From the human T2T-CHM13v2.0 reference genome, Homo sapiens, in assembly GCF_009914755.1 (NCBI RefSeq), contig NC_060931.1: 64,000 bases of DNA; one strand, written 5' to 3'. The position numbers were made by a program, and so were the translations under genes. Of the stretch, positions 41,967-56,260 are shown one piece after another. Below the pieces are notes generated by a model. The model ran no database searches, was not told the DNA's origin, and saw only the letters and a program-made list of their open reading frames with translations. Each line of letters begins with the position of its first letter. Position 1 is the stretch's first letter.

Positions 41967-42297
41967 TGTATTAGTCTGTTCTCACGCTGCTAATAAAGGC
42001 ACATCCAAGACTGGGTCATTTATAAACGATAGAGGTTTAATTGACTCACAGTTCCACATGACTGGGGAGGCCTTACAGTCATGGCGGGAGGCAAATGAGG
42101 ATTAACGTCTCATCTTACCTGTTGCTGGCAAGAGGGCTTGTGCAGAGGAACTCTCACTTACAAAACCATCAGATCTCATGAGACTTATTCACTATCATGA
42201 GAACAGTATGGGGAAAACCGCCCCGCCCTTGACACATGGGGATTATTACAACTCAAGGTGAGATTTGGGTGGGGACAGACACAACCAAACCATATCA
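41967..42297 (-). mobile_element. THE1 (MaLR) solo LTR
   Basis: tgtattagtctgttctcacgctgctaataaag...aaaaccatcagatctcatgagacttattcactatcatgagaacag...ccaaaccatatca; 5-bp TSD ccaag/ctaag. Confidence 0.9.
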
Positions 42298-42349
42298 CTA
42301 AGGGAAAACATTAAGACTGGCTCATTGTAAGGGTAGCGATTATAGAAGT

Positions 42350-44745
42350 AAATGTGAGAGATTACCCAAAATTGTTTTTCACAGCTGCAAAGTACTCTTT
42401 TGTATGTATGAATAATGTTCTACCAATCTCCTGTGTTTGGACATTTAAATATATTTCAGTGTTTTGCAATTACAAATAATCCTTTAATAAATAACATGGT
42501 GCATATGTATTTTCACATTGTTTGAGGTATACCTTCAGTATAAATTCCTAGAAGTAGAATTGCTAGGTTGAAGAAAAAATACACACGTAGGTTTTGTTAG
42601 ATCGTGACAAATTCCCCTCCTTGGGATTGTACTATTTTGCATCAGCAATGTATGAGAGTGCCTGTTTCATCACAGCCTTGCCAACAGAGCATATATGATG
42701 TCAAAGATAAAGCCAGATACTAAAGTGTTGAGGACAGGTTTTAATCAGAAGATATTATTGTAATAGGGAAAAGAGTCCAGTGTGAACTGATTCAACTTTG
42801 ATTTATACAATGGTGACTGGGCATTTTTTAAAGGGAAAATGAGGGAAGGGGTTGAGCAGGGGCTTAGTGGAGTCAGAAAAGTGAACATTTACTAGTGAGA
42901 AGGGAGTCGGTCCACGTGAAACCCATTTGTGTTTGCTAACTGATGTTTATGGTGGTTAGTCTCCTACCCTCTCACAGAGACTGGGGGACAGGGGCCCTAT
43001 CTTCAGATGTTGGAACAAACAGTACATTTTTTTTTTCAAGTACATTGGCAGCCTTGAGTTTTTTCAGGCCGGCATTGTAAGGTGGGGCTGAAGTCATCCT
43101 AGGGATGTGGCTTGAGCCATTAGAAACTCTGTTAGGTGTTTCATCCAAGTTTTTTTTAGGCCGTGGTTAAGAAGATAGCTCAGAGGAGCCTGACTAGAGT
43201 TTGGTTAAGGAGAGAATCTTTGTCAGTGGTCAACTTTAAGATTGAGATTGGTGAGAATCTTTGAGATTGGTGAGAATTTGCATCTTATTGTAGTTTTAAC
43301 TTACATTTGTCCTATTACAAGTAAAACTACACATGCTTTTCTGTGTTGAAGGGCCATTTTTGTATCTCTGTTTATGAAGTGTGTTCATGTGCATTTTTTC
43401 TCATTTTTTTGATAGGAGTTTTAGTCTTTTTTTCCCCAAACTTTTAAGAATTCTATATAAATGTGGAATATCAGCTCTTTATTGTGAATATATGTTGTGA
43501 ATATTTTACAGAGTTGTCATTTGTCTTTTGACCTCACATATGGTGTTTTTTGCTATACAAATTGTACTTATATTTTTATATAGTAAAATCAAATGTTACT
43601 TTTATTACTTGTAAATTTTGTGTTGTAATTAGAAAGTCTTTTTCTATATCAATGTTAGAGAGAAATTGATTCATGTTTTCTTCTAGTATAGTTTTATTTT
43701 TGACATTTAAATCTCTTATTCATTTGGAGTTTATTCTTACGTATTCTGGAGGAATATGTCTAATTTTATGTTTTTCCAGCTAACTATACAATTTTCCCAA
43801 AACTATTTGTAAAGAAAACACTATCTTCATCTAAGTGATGTGCGATGCCATCTTTATCATATACCAGATTTGTATATGAGACCAGATCTTTTTCTGTACT
43901 TTTTTATTGCTATCTCAGTAAATTTATAAATTAAGGAAAATTGACATCTTGATGATGTTGAGACATCCTAACCAAGAATAAGGGATTTCTTTCCATTTGT
44001 TCAAGTCTATTTTTATGTCTCTTGGGAGTGTTTCATGGTTTTCTTCTTGGTTTTCAATCATTTCTTATTAAATTCCTAAAAATTCTCTCTTGTTATTATA
44101 AATGAGGGTTTCTCATTCAGTGTCTCTTCTAAATGTTTATTTGTATACAAATGCCATTGGTTTGGGCATGTACATTTTACAACTTGCTACTTTGCTGAAT
44201 TCTTTTATTGTTTGAATTAGTTTTATTATTGGTTCTCTAGGAATTTCTGGGCATATTTTTATGTCATTAGCGGATATAAATAGTTTCATTTTTTCTTGTC
44301 CTATTCTTTTGCCTCTGTTTTCTGTAATCTAATTGCATTAGCTTGTACTTCTGAATCATTGTTAAATACCAGCCCATATGCTGTGAATCAAACAAAGAAA
44401 TTATTGAATTAGCAGGTGTTCTCATAAATAGCAGTGTAAACAGTTAAACAGTAGTGGAGATAATGGGCATCTTTTTTTTTTTTTTTTGTGACCACAGGGG
44501 TTGTGCCTTAGAGTTTTCTCATATTAAGGAAATACCTATTCATTCTTATTTCCTCATATGTTTTTGTTAGGAGTGGGTTTTGAATTTTCTTAAAGCCCAC
44601 TTTGAGAAATTTTTTTTGATCAGCACCTATTGAGATAATCATTTGATTTTTCTCCTTAGACCTATTAATAGAGCAAATTATATTAATAGATTTTGTAAGA
44701 TTAAGCCATTCTAGCATTCTTGGCATAAACCCCACAGTCTTAATT
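42350..44745 (-). mobile_element. Old L1M fragments, split by an LTR at 42699-43225
   Basis: L1 3'UTR-like and ORF2-like sequence; ORF 44508-44735 (GFMPRMLEWLNLTKSINII...KNQMIISI) resembles the L1 ORF2 RT region. Confidence 0.75.
42699..43225 (-). mobile_element. ERV1-type solo LTR (MER31/MER67-like)
   Basis: Reverse complement begins TGACAAAGATTCTCTCCTTAACCAAACTCTAGTCAGGCTCCTCTGAGC; TG...CA termini. Confidence 0.7.
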
Positions 44746-45756
44746 TCAAAGATTTGATATACTTACATGGAAGTGTAGTAAATCATGTAAGCTAGTATTT
44801 TTATTACTTGCCAAATGAATGTTTTGGTGAATGAGTTTAGAGGGAGAGATCATTATGGGAAGAAAAAGCCTTTTGAAAGAGCAAGGACCACTACCAACTG
44901 TGACATCATGAGCATCAACCACACACCATGGCAATACTTGCCATAGCTTATTTCTACTAGCTGTTTATCTTGGGGAGTTTACTTACACCAGAGTCTTCAA
45001 CTTTCAATATTTCATCAGCATAAGTTGTAGTCGATTGATCACAAACTAAATAAATGCTAGAAAATCTCAAATGATGGAGCAATTGCTGCATTATGACAAA
45101 TGGGAAGCCTGCAAAATAGAATAAAATAAAAGGGCAGAATGGCAAATTGGTTGTTTTTACAAAGGGAAGCAAAATTCATGCACTTCCATTAAGGAGAGTA
45201 TTTGAGTTCATATATTGTTTCATAGCCTTGTTTATGTTAGAAGTTATTTTAAAATGTTATTGTCAGATATAGAATATCTATTCCATACGATTTTAAAAAT
45301 TTAGAGATTGTCAAAGATGTTTACTTAATTTACACAAATGAAATGACAGAATTGTAAATCCAACCTTCTTTTTGCAAGAAGGCCTGAGGTCCAGGCTATG
45401 TAAAGCTGTATTTGCATGTTTAGGATCATGTCTTTCAAAAAATGCATTTGGGGATGTTTACACTGCTATTTATGGGACCAGTTGCTAATTCAGTAATTTC
45501 TTTATGGTTCTGTAACTACAGATTGATTCACAGCATATGGGCTGATATTCTTAATGTGTACGAAAAAGCCATGTTGAGATGGGAATTATTTAAAAATTTT
45601 TTTTCTCCCCATTGAATTTTCTCTTTAGATATGTCAGTTGAAGAAATTTTCTTGGTTATTTCTAATTTTTGAATATATTTGATTAATAACCTATTTTATT
45701 ATAACTGTTAGAGTAAACATAATAATTTGAAAGTTGTCTCTTATCATTTTCTTTAG

Positions 45757-45889
45757 CATGTTACACCAGACAGCTATATTCCATGCCTTGCAGACCTGTG
45801 CAAAGCACTATGGGAAGTTATGCTCAGCTATTATAGGACTATGGAATGGCATGAAAAGCATGACAATGAGGATACTGCTTCAGCTTCTG
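45757..45889 (+). CDS. VPS50: VPS50 exon 13 (133 nt, HVTPDSYIP...DTASAS-E)
   Basis: ttttctttAG acceptor, CTG|GTAGGA donor, phase 0-1. Confidence 0.95.
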
Positions 45890-48598
45890 GTAGGAAAATA
45901 TTTTTATTTTATTTTAAAAATTGAACTATAAATATCCCACATTACTGGAGTAAGAAGAAAGGAAAGGGGCAGGAATGCCTTTGGGATTTCAAAGATTACA
46001 GTGACCATAGGCTAAATATTGAGCAAAGAAAGTGATTCAGCTACTTCAAATGTTCTATTACCTTTAGAGAGTAACTGGGCCAAAGGACTTTTTAAGTGGC
46101 ACATAGTACTAGTTTCCAGAAGTGTGTGCTGATGGCTTTAGGACTGAATTTATAAATTTTTGTTGTTGTTAATATTATTAGTTGCAAACTAGATAAGACA
46201 TTGGTCTGTCTAAATTTACTGTGAAATTAATGCTAGATGGTCAATATTAATCTATTTAGCCAATTTTCAAGTTACAGTAATAAAGCTAGGTTCTAAGAAT
46301 TAATTATATTGATACTTTCCTTCCTGAAAATGAAGCAAGACTAGAATTTCATTTTCAAAATGATGTTTTAAAATATTCATCTTTGAATGGAAAATATAAC
46401 TTTAAATGACTGTGGTACAGTCAGCTAAATAATAAAGAATACGTCTTTGAAAAATTATTGTATTTATTAATCATTCTATTTAAATTGCTTCATTTGTATA
46501 ATTATATATCTTAACTGATTATCCTTGAACAGTAGCTGAGATTGAATATTCAGAATACTTATAAAAACAGTAAATGATTTTATCAGCATTTTGTTTAATA
46601 TGGATAAAATAAATTATACTGCACATCTTTTTTTTTGTATTATATACAATTTATTGTAGCTATTCAATCAAGTTACTTTAATAAACTTCCAGTTTCTGAG
46701 GGGCTTATTTTCTGTTGTTGGGTGAGTGGACAACACACCCAAATCTCACTGTTTGATTAAATGTTTTGGTAGTTTAGAAGGCATAGGTTTAATCTTTGTC
46801 TTGACTTACAAGAAGCTTGTAAATATAGAAAACAAAATAAGAGGAAAATTCCATGAATGGATTTTTATCCATTTGGAAATATTGTTGGGGAGAGTAAAGG
46901 AAGGGAGAGAAAGGCAGAGAGAAGGTTGGGCACACAGCCAGGATTCCAGGTCAGACTACTTTTACCCAAAACTTATACTTTTACCCTGTACTACCCCTGG
47001 GACCATGAGCTCTGCGATCTGAGAGGCCTGGCTTCAAGTTTTCACTTCTATTTACCAAAGGTGAGAACTTGAAGACACTGCTTATTTTTCCCATTCTTCA
47101 GTTTGCTCCTAAAATTGGTCAGTTAAAAAGCAAAGCAAAACCAAACCAAACCCTTAGAGTAGTAACGCATCTACCCTGCAGGGTTGTTGTAAAGTTTGGA
47201 CAGCATGTAAGGTACTTATATTGGTGGTGGTTAATATGATGAAATGAAATGGATCAAGAGATAATATAATAATAGTGAAATACCTGGAGACTGTTAAGAC
47301 ATATTTGCTTTTCTAGTACATTATTTAAGGAGAAACCAAAGAAAACGTTTGGAATAGAATTAACACATATTTTAGATATCAGAATTTAGGTGACAGTTAT
47401 GTATATATTCATCATGGTAAAGCTTGCTTTTTGCTTTAGGCCAATAGTTTACATTCGTTGGAATACTGAGTCAAAGTGAAAACTCTATCTGATCCTTATT
47501 ACTCAACCCTCTTTGCCTAATCTGTATATTTTATGGATATTCAAGTGCTCAAGCTGTCAGCTGATAGTATCTAGGACTATAAAAAGTTACTTGTTCACCT
47601 GAAATTAATCCTTTTATATTCAGGAATAAAATTGTAGAAATTAGTAAATTGAAAATTACTTTTCATGGAACTTCATAAAACTGAAGAGGACTCTAGACTT
47701 TATCTGCTGTATCTCTTTAGTGATAATATTTGATACTGTTTGGTAACCTAATACTTTAACGTTCTAAGGTAAAGCTCTAAAGCTATAGTTCAGGTGCACT
47801 GCCTTAGGCTGCTGGATCCCTAACAGCCATACCATGGGTGTAATAATAAGGCTTACGTTTTAGGAGTGCTCAGAGGCAAACTTGTCATGCATCTGTGTAT
47901 CTGAGGCCTGGCATTTCCAAGGACCTTTTACTGGTTATCAGTGGATAACTTCCCAACCTAAGACAAGATGATAACATACTCACTTAGTTGTTCTTCACAG
48001 GATATTCACACAAAAGTTTCATCTTTTTAATATAAATGTGTATGTGTCTTTTTCAGTTGTCTTTAGGGCGGAGATTGGAGGCAGATCACTGATCTTATCT
48101 ATTAAACTAGACATTGTTAAATTATTTATCTGGAGTGGATAAAACTATTATTTATCATGAAAAATATAAAATATATGCATTATCACCTCACGCCTGAGTT
48201 TTAATGTAGACTATCCTCTTAGCACGCATATTAATTGATAATTCAGTTAATTGGTCCTGTAATGCCCTTCTCACAGCCTTTTACATGGTCTTGCAGTAGG
48301 CAGTATTGAGAACCTGGTCTCTGGGACCACACTGACTCAGGTAGAATCCCAACTCAGTCACATATGATCTCAGTGGTCTTAGGTATATTTAGCATTTCAT
48401 AGTCTACGTTTATTTGTCTCACCAAATGGGTTTAAGTCTAATACCTATTGTTTGATATTGTTTTGATTGTATAAATATCAAACATATTTACTGTATCTTA
48501 CATAGACTTACAATGTGTGAGAGGCCAAATAGAAATTATTTGGAAAACAAACACAAATTGGATTAAATCTAAAAATATATATTGTCTTTTATTTTCAG

Positions 48599-48690
48599 AA
48601 GGGAGTAATATGATAGGTACTGAAGAAACTAATTTTGATCGTGGCTACATAAAAAAGAAATTAGAACATGGACTTACACGAATATGGCAG
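48599..48690 (+). CDS. VPS50: VPS50 exon 14 (92 nt, GSNMIGTEE...LTRIWQ)
   Basis: attttcAG acceptor, CAG|GTTTGG donor, phase 1-0; overlaps ORF 48517-48705. Confidence 0.95.
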
Positions 48691-49179
48691 GTTTGGTTTT
48701 TTTAAAATTATTTTTTTCACAGAAGCAATAGAAATGTCATGTCATAGTTTTAGAAATTCAGTTTTAAGTTTTCTATATATGTATTCTTTGCAGATTTAAT
48801 CATATGTTTCTGTTTGGAATTAGGCTATCATTTAATTTCTGTAATGTATTTGGACTATAAGTGGCAGGAAAAAAGTTTTTTAATTTGAAAATCTCCACTG
48901 GAAATATTCATACATGTCTTGAGTACATCTTTTGTTTTAGAGGCCTAGCAAATTTCCACTATCATAGAGAAATGTATGCTTTCTCAGTGAGATGTTCTGT
49001 TTATTATTTCATTTATCTGTGTTTTCTTAATTTTTTTTTCTGTTAATTTTAGAAAAGGAGTAACTAAGTAGATAGCATACTTAGGTCAGATTATAGTTTA
49101 GAATGAATAATTCTTTTTTTCTCAGTCAATGATCTTTGTACCTTGAGGGAATCTTACATGCTTATTGGCTGAATATATC

Positions 49180-49539
49180 TGGTTTTAGTCCATTTGGGCT
49201 CCTATAACAAAATATTCTAGACTGCATAGTTTATAAACAGAGAAGTTTATTTCTTAGAATTCTAAAGGCTGGAAGTCAGAGATCAGGGTGCCAGCATTGT
49301 TGGGAGGGAGGGCCTGCTTCCTGGTTCATAGACATTGTCTTGCTGTATCCTCAAATAGTGGAAGGGATGAAGGAGCTCTCTGGGGTCCCTTCTATAGGGG
49401 AACTAATCTAATTAATGAGGGCTCTACCTTCACGATTTAATCATCTCACAAAGGCCCCACCTTCTAATATATTATCACCTTGGAGGTTAGAATTTCAGCT
49501 TCGGAATTTTGGGTAGACATGAACATTCAGACCATAGCA
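49180..49539 (-). mobile_element. MLT1A-like MaLR solo LTR
   Basis: ttagtccatttgggctcctataacaaaata...ggctggaagtcagagatcagggtgccagca...aacattcagaccatagca; TSD atatc/gtatc. Confidence 0.85.
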
Positions 49540-49758
49540 GTATCTTATTAAGTTTTTCTTTACAATTTAGTAACTCAGTTGTTGTAATCAGATAATTTGT
49601 TACTTCTTAGATCACAGTGTAATTTCTTTGAAGATAACTTACTCTTTTTGGACTTCTTTGAACCTTGGAAGACTATAGACCCTTTGGCCATGTTATGGTC
49701 TTTTAAAATGTATTTTTGATTTTTCTAATGAGGCTGATCTTTATTTTGACCATCTTTT

Positions 49759-50092
<334 letters not shown>

Positions 50093-50795
50093 TAGGATAT
50101 GTTTTGAAAAAAATTGTTTAGGAAAATATATTTTGAAAACATAAATTTCTTCATGAATCAGTTAATATTTATAATTTAGTGCTCTTCTAATTTTTGATAA
50201 TTTTGTATTCGATATGCTATTTGATTTTATGCTTTAGTATTTAAAATTTATTTTTGTGGTTGTAAGAGGTTTGACATATATTTTCTCATTTGTCTATATT
50301 AAACTCATAACCATATTAAACATTTATTAAAATTAAATATTTAATTTATCATTAATTGTGGATTTAGGCTGACTGTTTTCTGAGTATTATGCATAAAAAG
50401 AAAGGAAAATCTTATAGTTATTGAATATACACCCAGGATCAGATATGATTTGTTTCTGACTTAGTCTCCCAATAGGCCTTAAGTGTACTTTGGTAAAATT
50501 TTACAATCTATGATAGAATTTCTGGTAATTCAGTGTACTTTGAAATACTGACTTAGCACTTTATGTAGCTACTTTCCATTCAGTTTGGCAACCTGATGGC
50601 ATTCCTGGTATAGGAAATGGGATTGTCTCTATTACATCCCTTAAGGATGTTGGCTATTGGCCTAAATAGATATTCGTTAACAAATTAGGAATATATTCCT
50701 GTCTCATTTTAATCTGGAACTATAGAGTAAATGCTTCTGATAACTTATTTTCTATATTTTGGGTTTGCTTGATTTTCTTTTTCTTTGCCTTACAG

Positions 50796-50890
50796 GATGT
50801 TCAGCTAAAAGTAAAAACCTACTTGCTTGGAACTGATTTGTCTATATTCAAATATGATGATTTCATCTTTGTTTTGGATATAATCAGCAG
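50796..50890 (+). CDS. VPS50: VPS50 exon 15 (95 nt, DVQLKVKTY...LDIIS-R)
   Basis: tttgccttacAG acceptor, CAG|GTAGTA donor, phase 0-2. Confidence 0.95.
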
Positions 50891-51198
50891 GTAGTATTTA
50901 AGATCTTGTCTTATTCTTTAGTTTGAGTCATTCAACCATGATAAATCATGAGCTAGTGAGTTATCATCTATAACTTCTTTATGGAAATGAAGATAATTTT
51001 TGCTGCTAAGTTTGTGAGTGTATTTAAATATTTCTGCCCTTTGGGTGTTTGTAAACCTTTATGGATTTGTGATCTTTAGAATTTTTTCACATGTCCAAAT
51101 TTTAGTGATTTTTTTTATCTTTGAAGAAAGAGAAACCACACTTCTTTTTCTCTATAAGGCTGCTGCTGAAATTTACTGAAACCTTTTTATCCAACTAG

Positions 51199-51297
51199 GT
51201 TGATGCAAGTTGGAGAAGAATTTTGTGGTAGCAAGTCTGAAGTTTTACAGGAATCTATTAGAAAACAAAGTGTCAATTATTTCAAGAATTACCATAG
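51199..51297 (+). CDS. VPS50: VPS50 exon 16 (99 nt, LMQVGEEFC...FKNYH-R)
   Basis: ccaactAG acceptor, TAG|GTAAGA donor, phase 2-2. Confidence 0.95.
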
Positions 51298-54119
51298 GTA
51301 AGAACTCTAATAAGATATGAATCGACTTATTTAGGTAATGAGAATACTTTTGTCTAATACTTAATCTTATAGCATTAATTGATTTTAAACAATTACTTTT
51401 GAATTTGAATGTGTTGTAGCTTTTTTAAGATGGTTAAGGATTTTTTTAACCAAAATATGATGAAATGTTCTCATTACATATTCATTGTACATTTTAATAT
51501 ATTTTTGTCTTGAGGGGCTTAAAATATTGAACTGATTTTTTAATGAGTAAAACATGATTATTATATCAAGGTTCACAGAAAGAATTTGGCCACTGTTCCA
51601 TACCTGCATACATATGGGTGTGCTTATAAGGAAGTTAAATCAGTAGAGGCAGTGCTCAGTGAGGGGGTGCTTGAGAGTATCTATCTTTTAAATGTAAGAA
51701 GGATTCTAGAGGAGAGGATGTGATATTCAGAATTCCCCTATAAATCCAAATTTGTATACTGCATTGCTTTGCAAAACAATCACTGCTAATATTTAAAAGA
51801 GTGACTAGGAATGGTTTGGGTAGTGGAGGAAGGTGGGAAAGAATGTTTATAATAGCAGTGTGATTATATCCTTACAGCAGCAATAAATTGAGGGAAGGGA
51901 GAGCTAACATGAGATTTCTCTTGATATAAGCTAGACCCCAAGTTGTATCCCTTTTGTCCTTTGAGTTGAGTTTCATCTTACTTTTTATTCTGAACTTTTA
52001 CTTTTTACAATTGAATTTAAGTTTTGATTTCCTTGTTATTTGGTCCCAGAGAGAGTCATGATTTGAAATTCTGCTTTTTCTCCTTGTTCATAGTCAACAC
52101 CTGCTCACAGTGATATATGCCATGTCAAAAGAGAGATGACTGAACACCAAACCATTGATTAATTAATTATTATATATATTTGAATACAAGTTATCTCTGT
52201 TAATTGTAAACAATGAAGTAAATTGTTTGAAAAAGATTTAAATTGAACTATACTAAAGCAGAGCCTTTGAGTTTCATGACTGAGAATGTTTAAAAATTTT
52301 TTAAAAATTTAATTGACTAAACCTCAGGGAAACAGTGGGAAGGGACCAACAGGAAGCCCTAACACTGCCTTTATTTATAAGTTCCTTGTCTGCTAAAACT
52401 TAAGCCCTGACTAAAACAAAAGGCTGGCCCTATAAACATTCCTGTATAGAAGTGGGAGGGGCCTGTTAATCATGGATGGGGAAATAAAATGGAAGCACAA
52501 AGGAGCCGGAAGCCTCACTTTCCCTGCAGTATGAAGGCATGCCAAATGTCTCTCTTCCCAGAGATTGCTTTGTATCCAACATGACAACTGGGAGAACTTT
52601 TGGTGTTCCTGGTGTCTAGGATGTGTGTACAATATAGAGACACTGATTTATTTAGTAGCTTCCATTCTGCATTCTGTTTTACTTATTGTCAAAAGGTGTC
52701 TGTCATCTGTAGCAACTAGCTAGGGGCATTTTGACCATGATGGAAATTCCTCACAGAGTTCACATTAATAAAATTAGAAAATACAGAAATGAATGACTTA
52801 AATCTTCCTCAAACACTCAACATTTTAAATAACTTCTCTTAGAAACATTTGTGAAACTTATTTCTCATTGATGTGGCTGTGCTATATTATTAGAAGGAAA
52901 GCTGGGTTGAGTAATAGTAGACTTGGGTTCTTGTCGCATTTTTTGCTGCTTACCAACTGTCTGGTATTGGCAAATCCTTTAACCTCTCTGGCCTGTGATT
53001 TTATGCATTGTAAAATGAAGTGGCCAGATTAAAAGGTCTCCATAAGTGTTGCCTAGACATCTTGACCCGTTTTTTTGCAGTATTGTATATTGTAAAAATT
53101 GGGGCAGGTTAAACAGCAAAAATTTAATTATTACTTAGTATTCTTCTTTTTCCCTAGTATTTAAACAAAAGTTTAAGGTAGTCTAGTTTCTATCCTGTCT
53201 GTAGTCATTTTCGCTCTGACAGTTGCCATCAGGAAAATTATAGTGGAAGTCATTTGGTAAAGTTGGTGCAAACCATCAATGTGTTCTAAGGTATATTTGT
53301 TTCTTTACAAAACAAGATAAACTTGAACAGAAACTTTAGAAATGATACTAGTGTCCATACATTGAATTGACTAAAGTCATTACATTAGCCAGTGATGAAT
53401 CTAAATCTGCAAAATCCCAATTTAATATCCCCTTTGCCAGTCATTCTACATAAATACTGAAAAACTGTATGAAACATGGTGAAATATAGATCAAGTATGT
53501 TCTTATTTTGCTAATAGAAGTGTTTAAATGTGCATACAGTTTGGTTCATGGTCCTCTCCTGCCAAATATAGCTCTTGAGAATGAAGAAATTCTTGAACCA
53601 AATTATTCTGACTTTCAATCTATTTAAGCTATTGGTTTGAATTTATAGGGATAATAAAAAGGTAAAAATAGGAGCAGTTTTGTTTTGGTGGAACATCTAC
53701 TTATGAAATGTATTAATGTTAGTTGTGGTAGTTGTATGAAAGTTTGCATTCCACTCTCTTTTTCTAGGATAAAACTGTATGAACACATGAGGGAACACAG
53801 CGTCTATTATTGATTGTTTCTACTTCTCAAAAGTATAAGTTTTATTTCCCATTTTTTAAAATATTCAGGTACTAAGTTTATATACACCCAAAGAACATCG
53901 TTCTGTCAGATGCTGGAGAACTTCTAAAAGCACAAATATTCTAATTTAAACAATAATGACATAAAAATTAGAGAGCAATATATAATTGTCAAAATATTGT
54001 TTAATAAGTACATTTTATTTTGTAATTGCTCTAGTAATCAAAGCTTATAAAATGTTTTCAAGGATCTTAAAGTGGCATTGACTGGTGTTAGAAGAGAGAA
54101 GTCACCTATCTTTTTAGAA

Positions 54120-54720
54120 GAAAATGCAACAAATTAGATGAAATAAACAAATTCCTTATAAAGCCAAACTTAATGAGCTGACAAAACAAAACATAGAAAA
54201 TGTGAATTTTGAAGAAATTATATGTCTTTTGAAGAAATGTCTTTGAAGAAATTATATTTGGGCTTCAAAACATTTCCATTAAGAAATCTCCAGGCCTGCT
54301 GATGTCACTGGTAAATTCTACCAAACATTTAAGGAGAAAACAATACCAATACAACTCTTTCATAGAATAGAGAAACAGGGAATGTTTTATAACTTATTTT
54401 ATGAGGCCAGCATAGCATTGATACCAAAACATAACAAGAGGACATTATAAAAGGAAAATGACAGACTAGTCATTTTCTCAAGAACATAGATGCAAAATCC
54501 TACACAAAATATTGGCAAATTTAATTCAGTGATACCTAAAAAGGATAATATGCTATGAACAGGTAGGATTTATTATAGGAGAGCCAGAGTTGGCTAAACA
54601 TTAAGAAAAATTAAGAAATTTAATTTAGCAATTGACAGAATACAGGAAAATATCACGTTATTACTTTAATAGAGAAAATAATTTTGATAAAAATTCTACC
54701 CCAGCTCATGATTTTGAGAA
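54120..54720 (+). mobile_element. Old L1M ORF2 fragment
   Basis: ccaggcct...actggtaaattctaccaaacatttaagg...ttttatgaggccagcatagcattgataccaaaac...aacatagatgcaaaatcc. Confidence 0.75.
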
Positions 54721-55068
54721 ATTGTGTTTTTGTGTAATTTTAACTTTCTTTCTAATTATGTTCTTATATTTAAAGTGTGCCCTTTGTTAACAGCTTATCA
54801 AGTTTGGTCTCGTTTTGCTGTTGTTGATGTTGTTTTACTAACTGAGAAAAATATATATAATATAAAAAGTAAAAATATATATGATTGATCAAAAAAATGC
54901 AGAAAGAGAAAATTTCTTTAAAATATTTAACATTTTTAGATATCACACAGCAATATGATGGGTTTAAACCTATTAATAATTATGCCAACAAATACATTAA
55001 ATGTAAATGGAAAAACAGTTCTATCAAAACATAAAAATTGTCAGATAAGATTTTAAAACAACATTAGG

Positions 55069-55366
55069 GGCCGGGCACAATGGTTCACGCCTATAATCCC
55101 AGCACTTTGGGAGGCCAAGGTGAGTGGATCACGAGGTCAAGAGTTCAAGACCAGCCTGGCCAAGATAGTGAAACTCAGTCTCTACTAGAAATACAAAAAA
55201 ATTACCCGGGCGTGGTGGCGGGTGCCTGTAATCCCAGCTACTCAGGAGGCCGAGGCAGGAGAATTACATGAACCTGTGCGGCAGAGGTTGCAGTGAGCCA
55301 AGATCGCGCCACTGCACTCCAGCCTGAGTGACAGAGTGAGACTCTGTCTTGAAAAAAAAAAAAAAA
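55069..55366 (+). mobile_element. AluS (Sg-like)
   Basis: Sense Alu with gatcacgaggtca and ggccaagatagtg; A15 tail; no clear TSD. Confidence 0.9.
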
Positions 55367-55640
55367 GAAATACGTTGTTGTAATGGTTACCACCAACATT
55401 TCAATATGCACTTATGTTCTACTGTAGTCTATTTTAGGTAGTATACTTCCAGAATAATGCAGGAACCAACTTTGTAACTGCGTTTACCTTCTCTTACCTT
55501 TTTGGTGTTGTCATATACTTTTACTTCATATATTATTTTCTATACATTTTTTATGCCTAGGGTTGACTGCGCTTCTTCAATCTGGTACCTTTTATCACTG
55601 TATTAGTTTTAAATTACTGTGTAATAAATACCACAAACCT

Positions 55641-55830
55641 GTCTGGAAGAGACAGGAAGCAGATTATCCCCTAGGGCCTCCAGAGAGTGGAGCTCTGCTA
55701 ACACCTTGATTTCAACCCACTGATACTGATTTTCAGGCTCTGGCCTCTAGAACTGTGAGAGAATAAATTTTTGCTTGTTTAAGTCACCTAGTTTGTGGTA
55801 ATTTGTTATAGCAGCCATAGGAAACTAATA
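55641..55830 (+). mobile_element. MLT1 LTR 3' part
   Basis: gctaacaccttgatttc...ctagaactgtgagagaataaattt...tttgtggtaatttgttatagcagccataggaaactaatata. Confidence 0.8.
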
Positions 55831-56260
55831 TAGAGTAGAATTACTGGATCCTATGGTAACGCTCTCTGTTTAACATTTTGAAGGAACTGTCACACTTTTT
55901 TCCAAAGTCATGATACATTTTACATTCCTACTAATACTGTATGAGGGTTCCAATTTCTCCAAAACCTTGTCAACACCTGTTGTTTTCTGTCTCTGATTAT
56001 GGCTGTCCTAGTAGGCATGAAGTGGTATCTTATTATGTTTTGGGTTTGCATTTCCTTGATGACTAATGATGTTTAGCATCGTTTAAGGTGCTCATTGGCC
56101 TTTTGTGTTTCTTCTTTACAGAAATGTTTGTTCAAAGCTTTTGTCCATTTTGAATTGGGTTATTTGTTTTCTGTTGTTGAGTTGTCAAGTTTTCTACTTT
56201 TAGTTCTTACCTTAGGATTGTGATCCACTTGAGGTAATTTTTGTATGTGGTATGAGCTAT
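55831..56260 (-). mobile_element. Old L1M fragment
   Basis: tgtatgagggttccaatttctcc...atgaagtggtatcttatt...ttgcatttccttgatgactaatgatg. Confidence 0.75.

Noticed and set aside
44746-45172. Minus-strand ORFs with two GTAAGT donor-like motifs (possible antisense gene)
   Set aside because: No recognisable protein and no consistent acceptor or phase; single motifs are expected by chance
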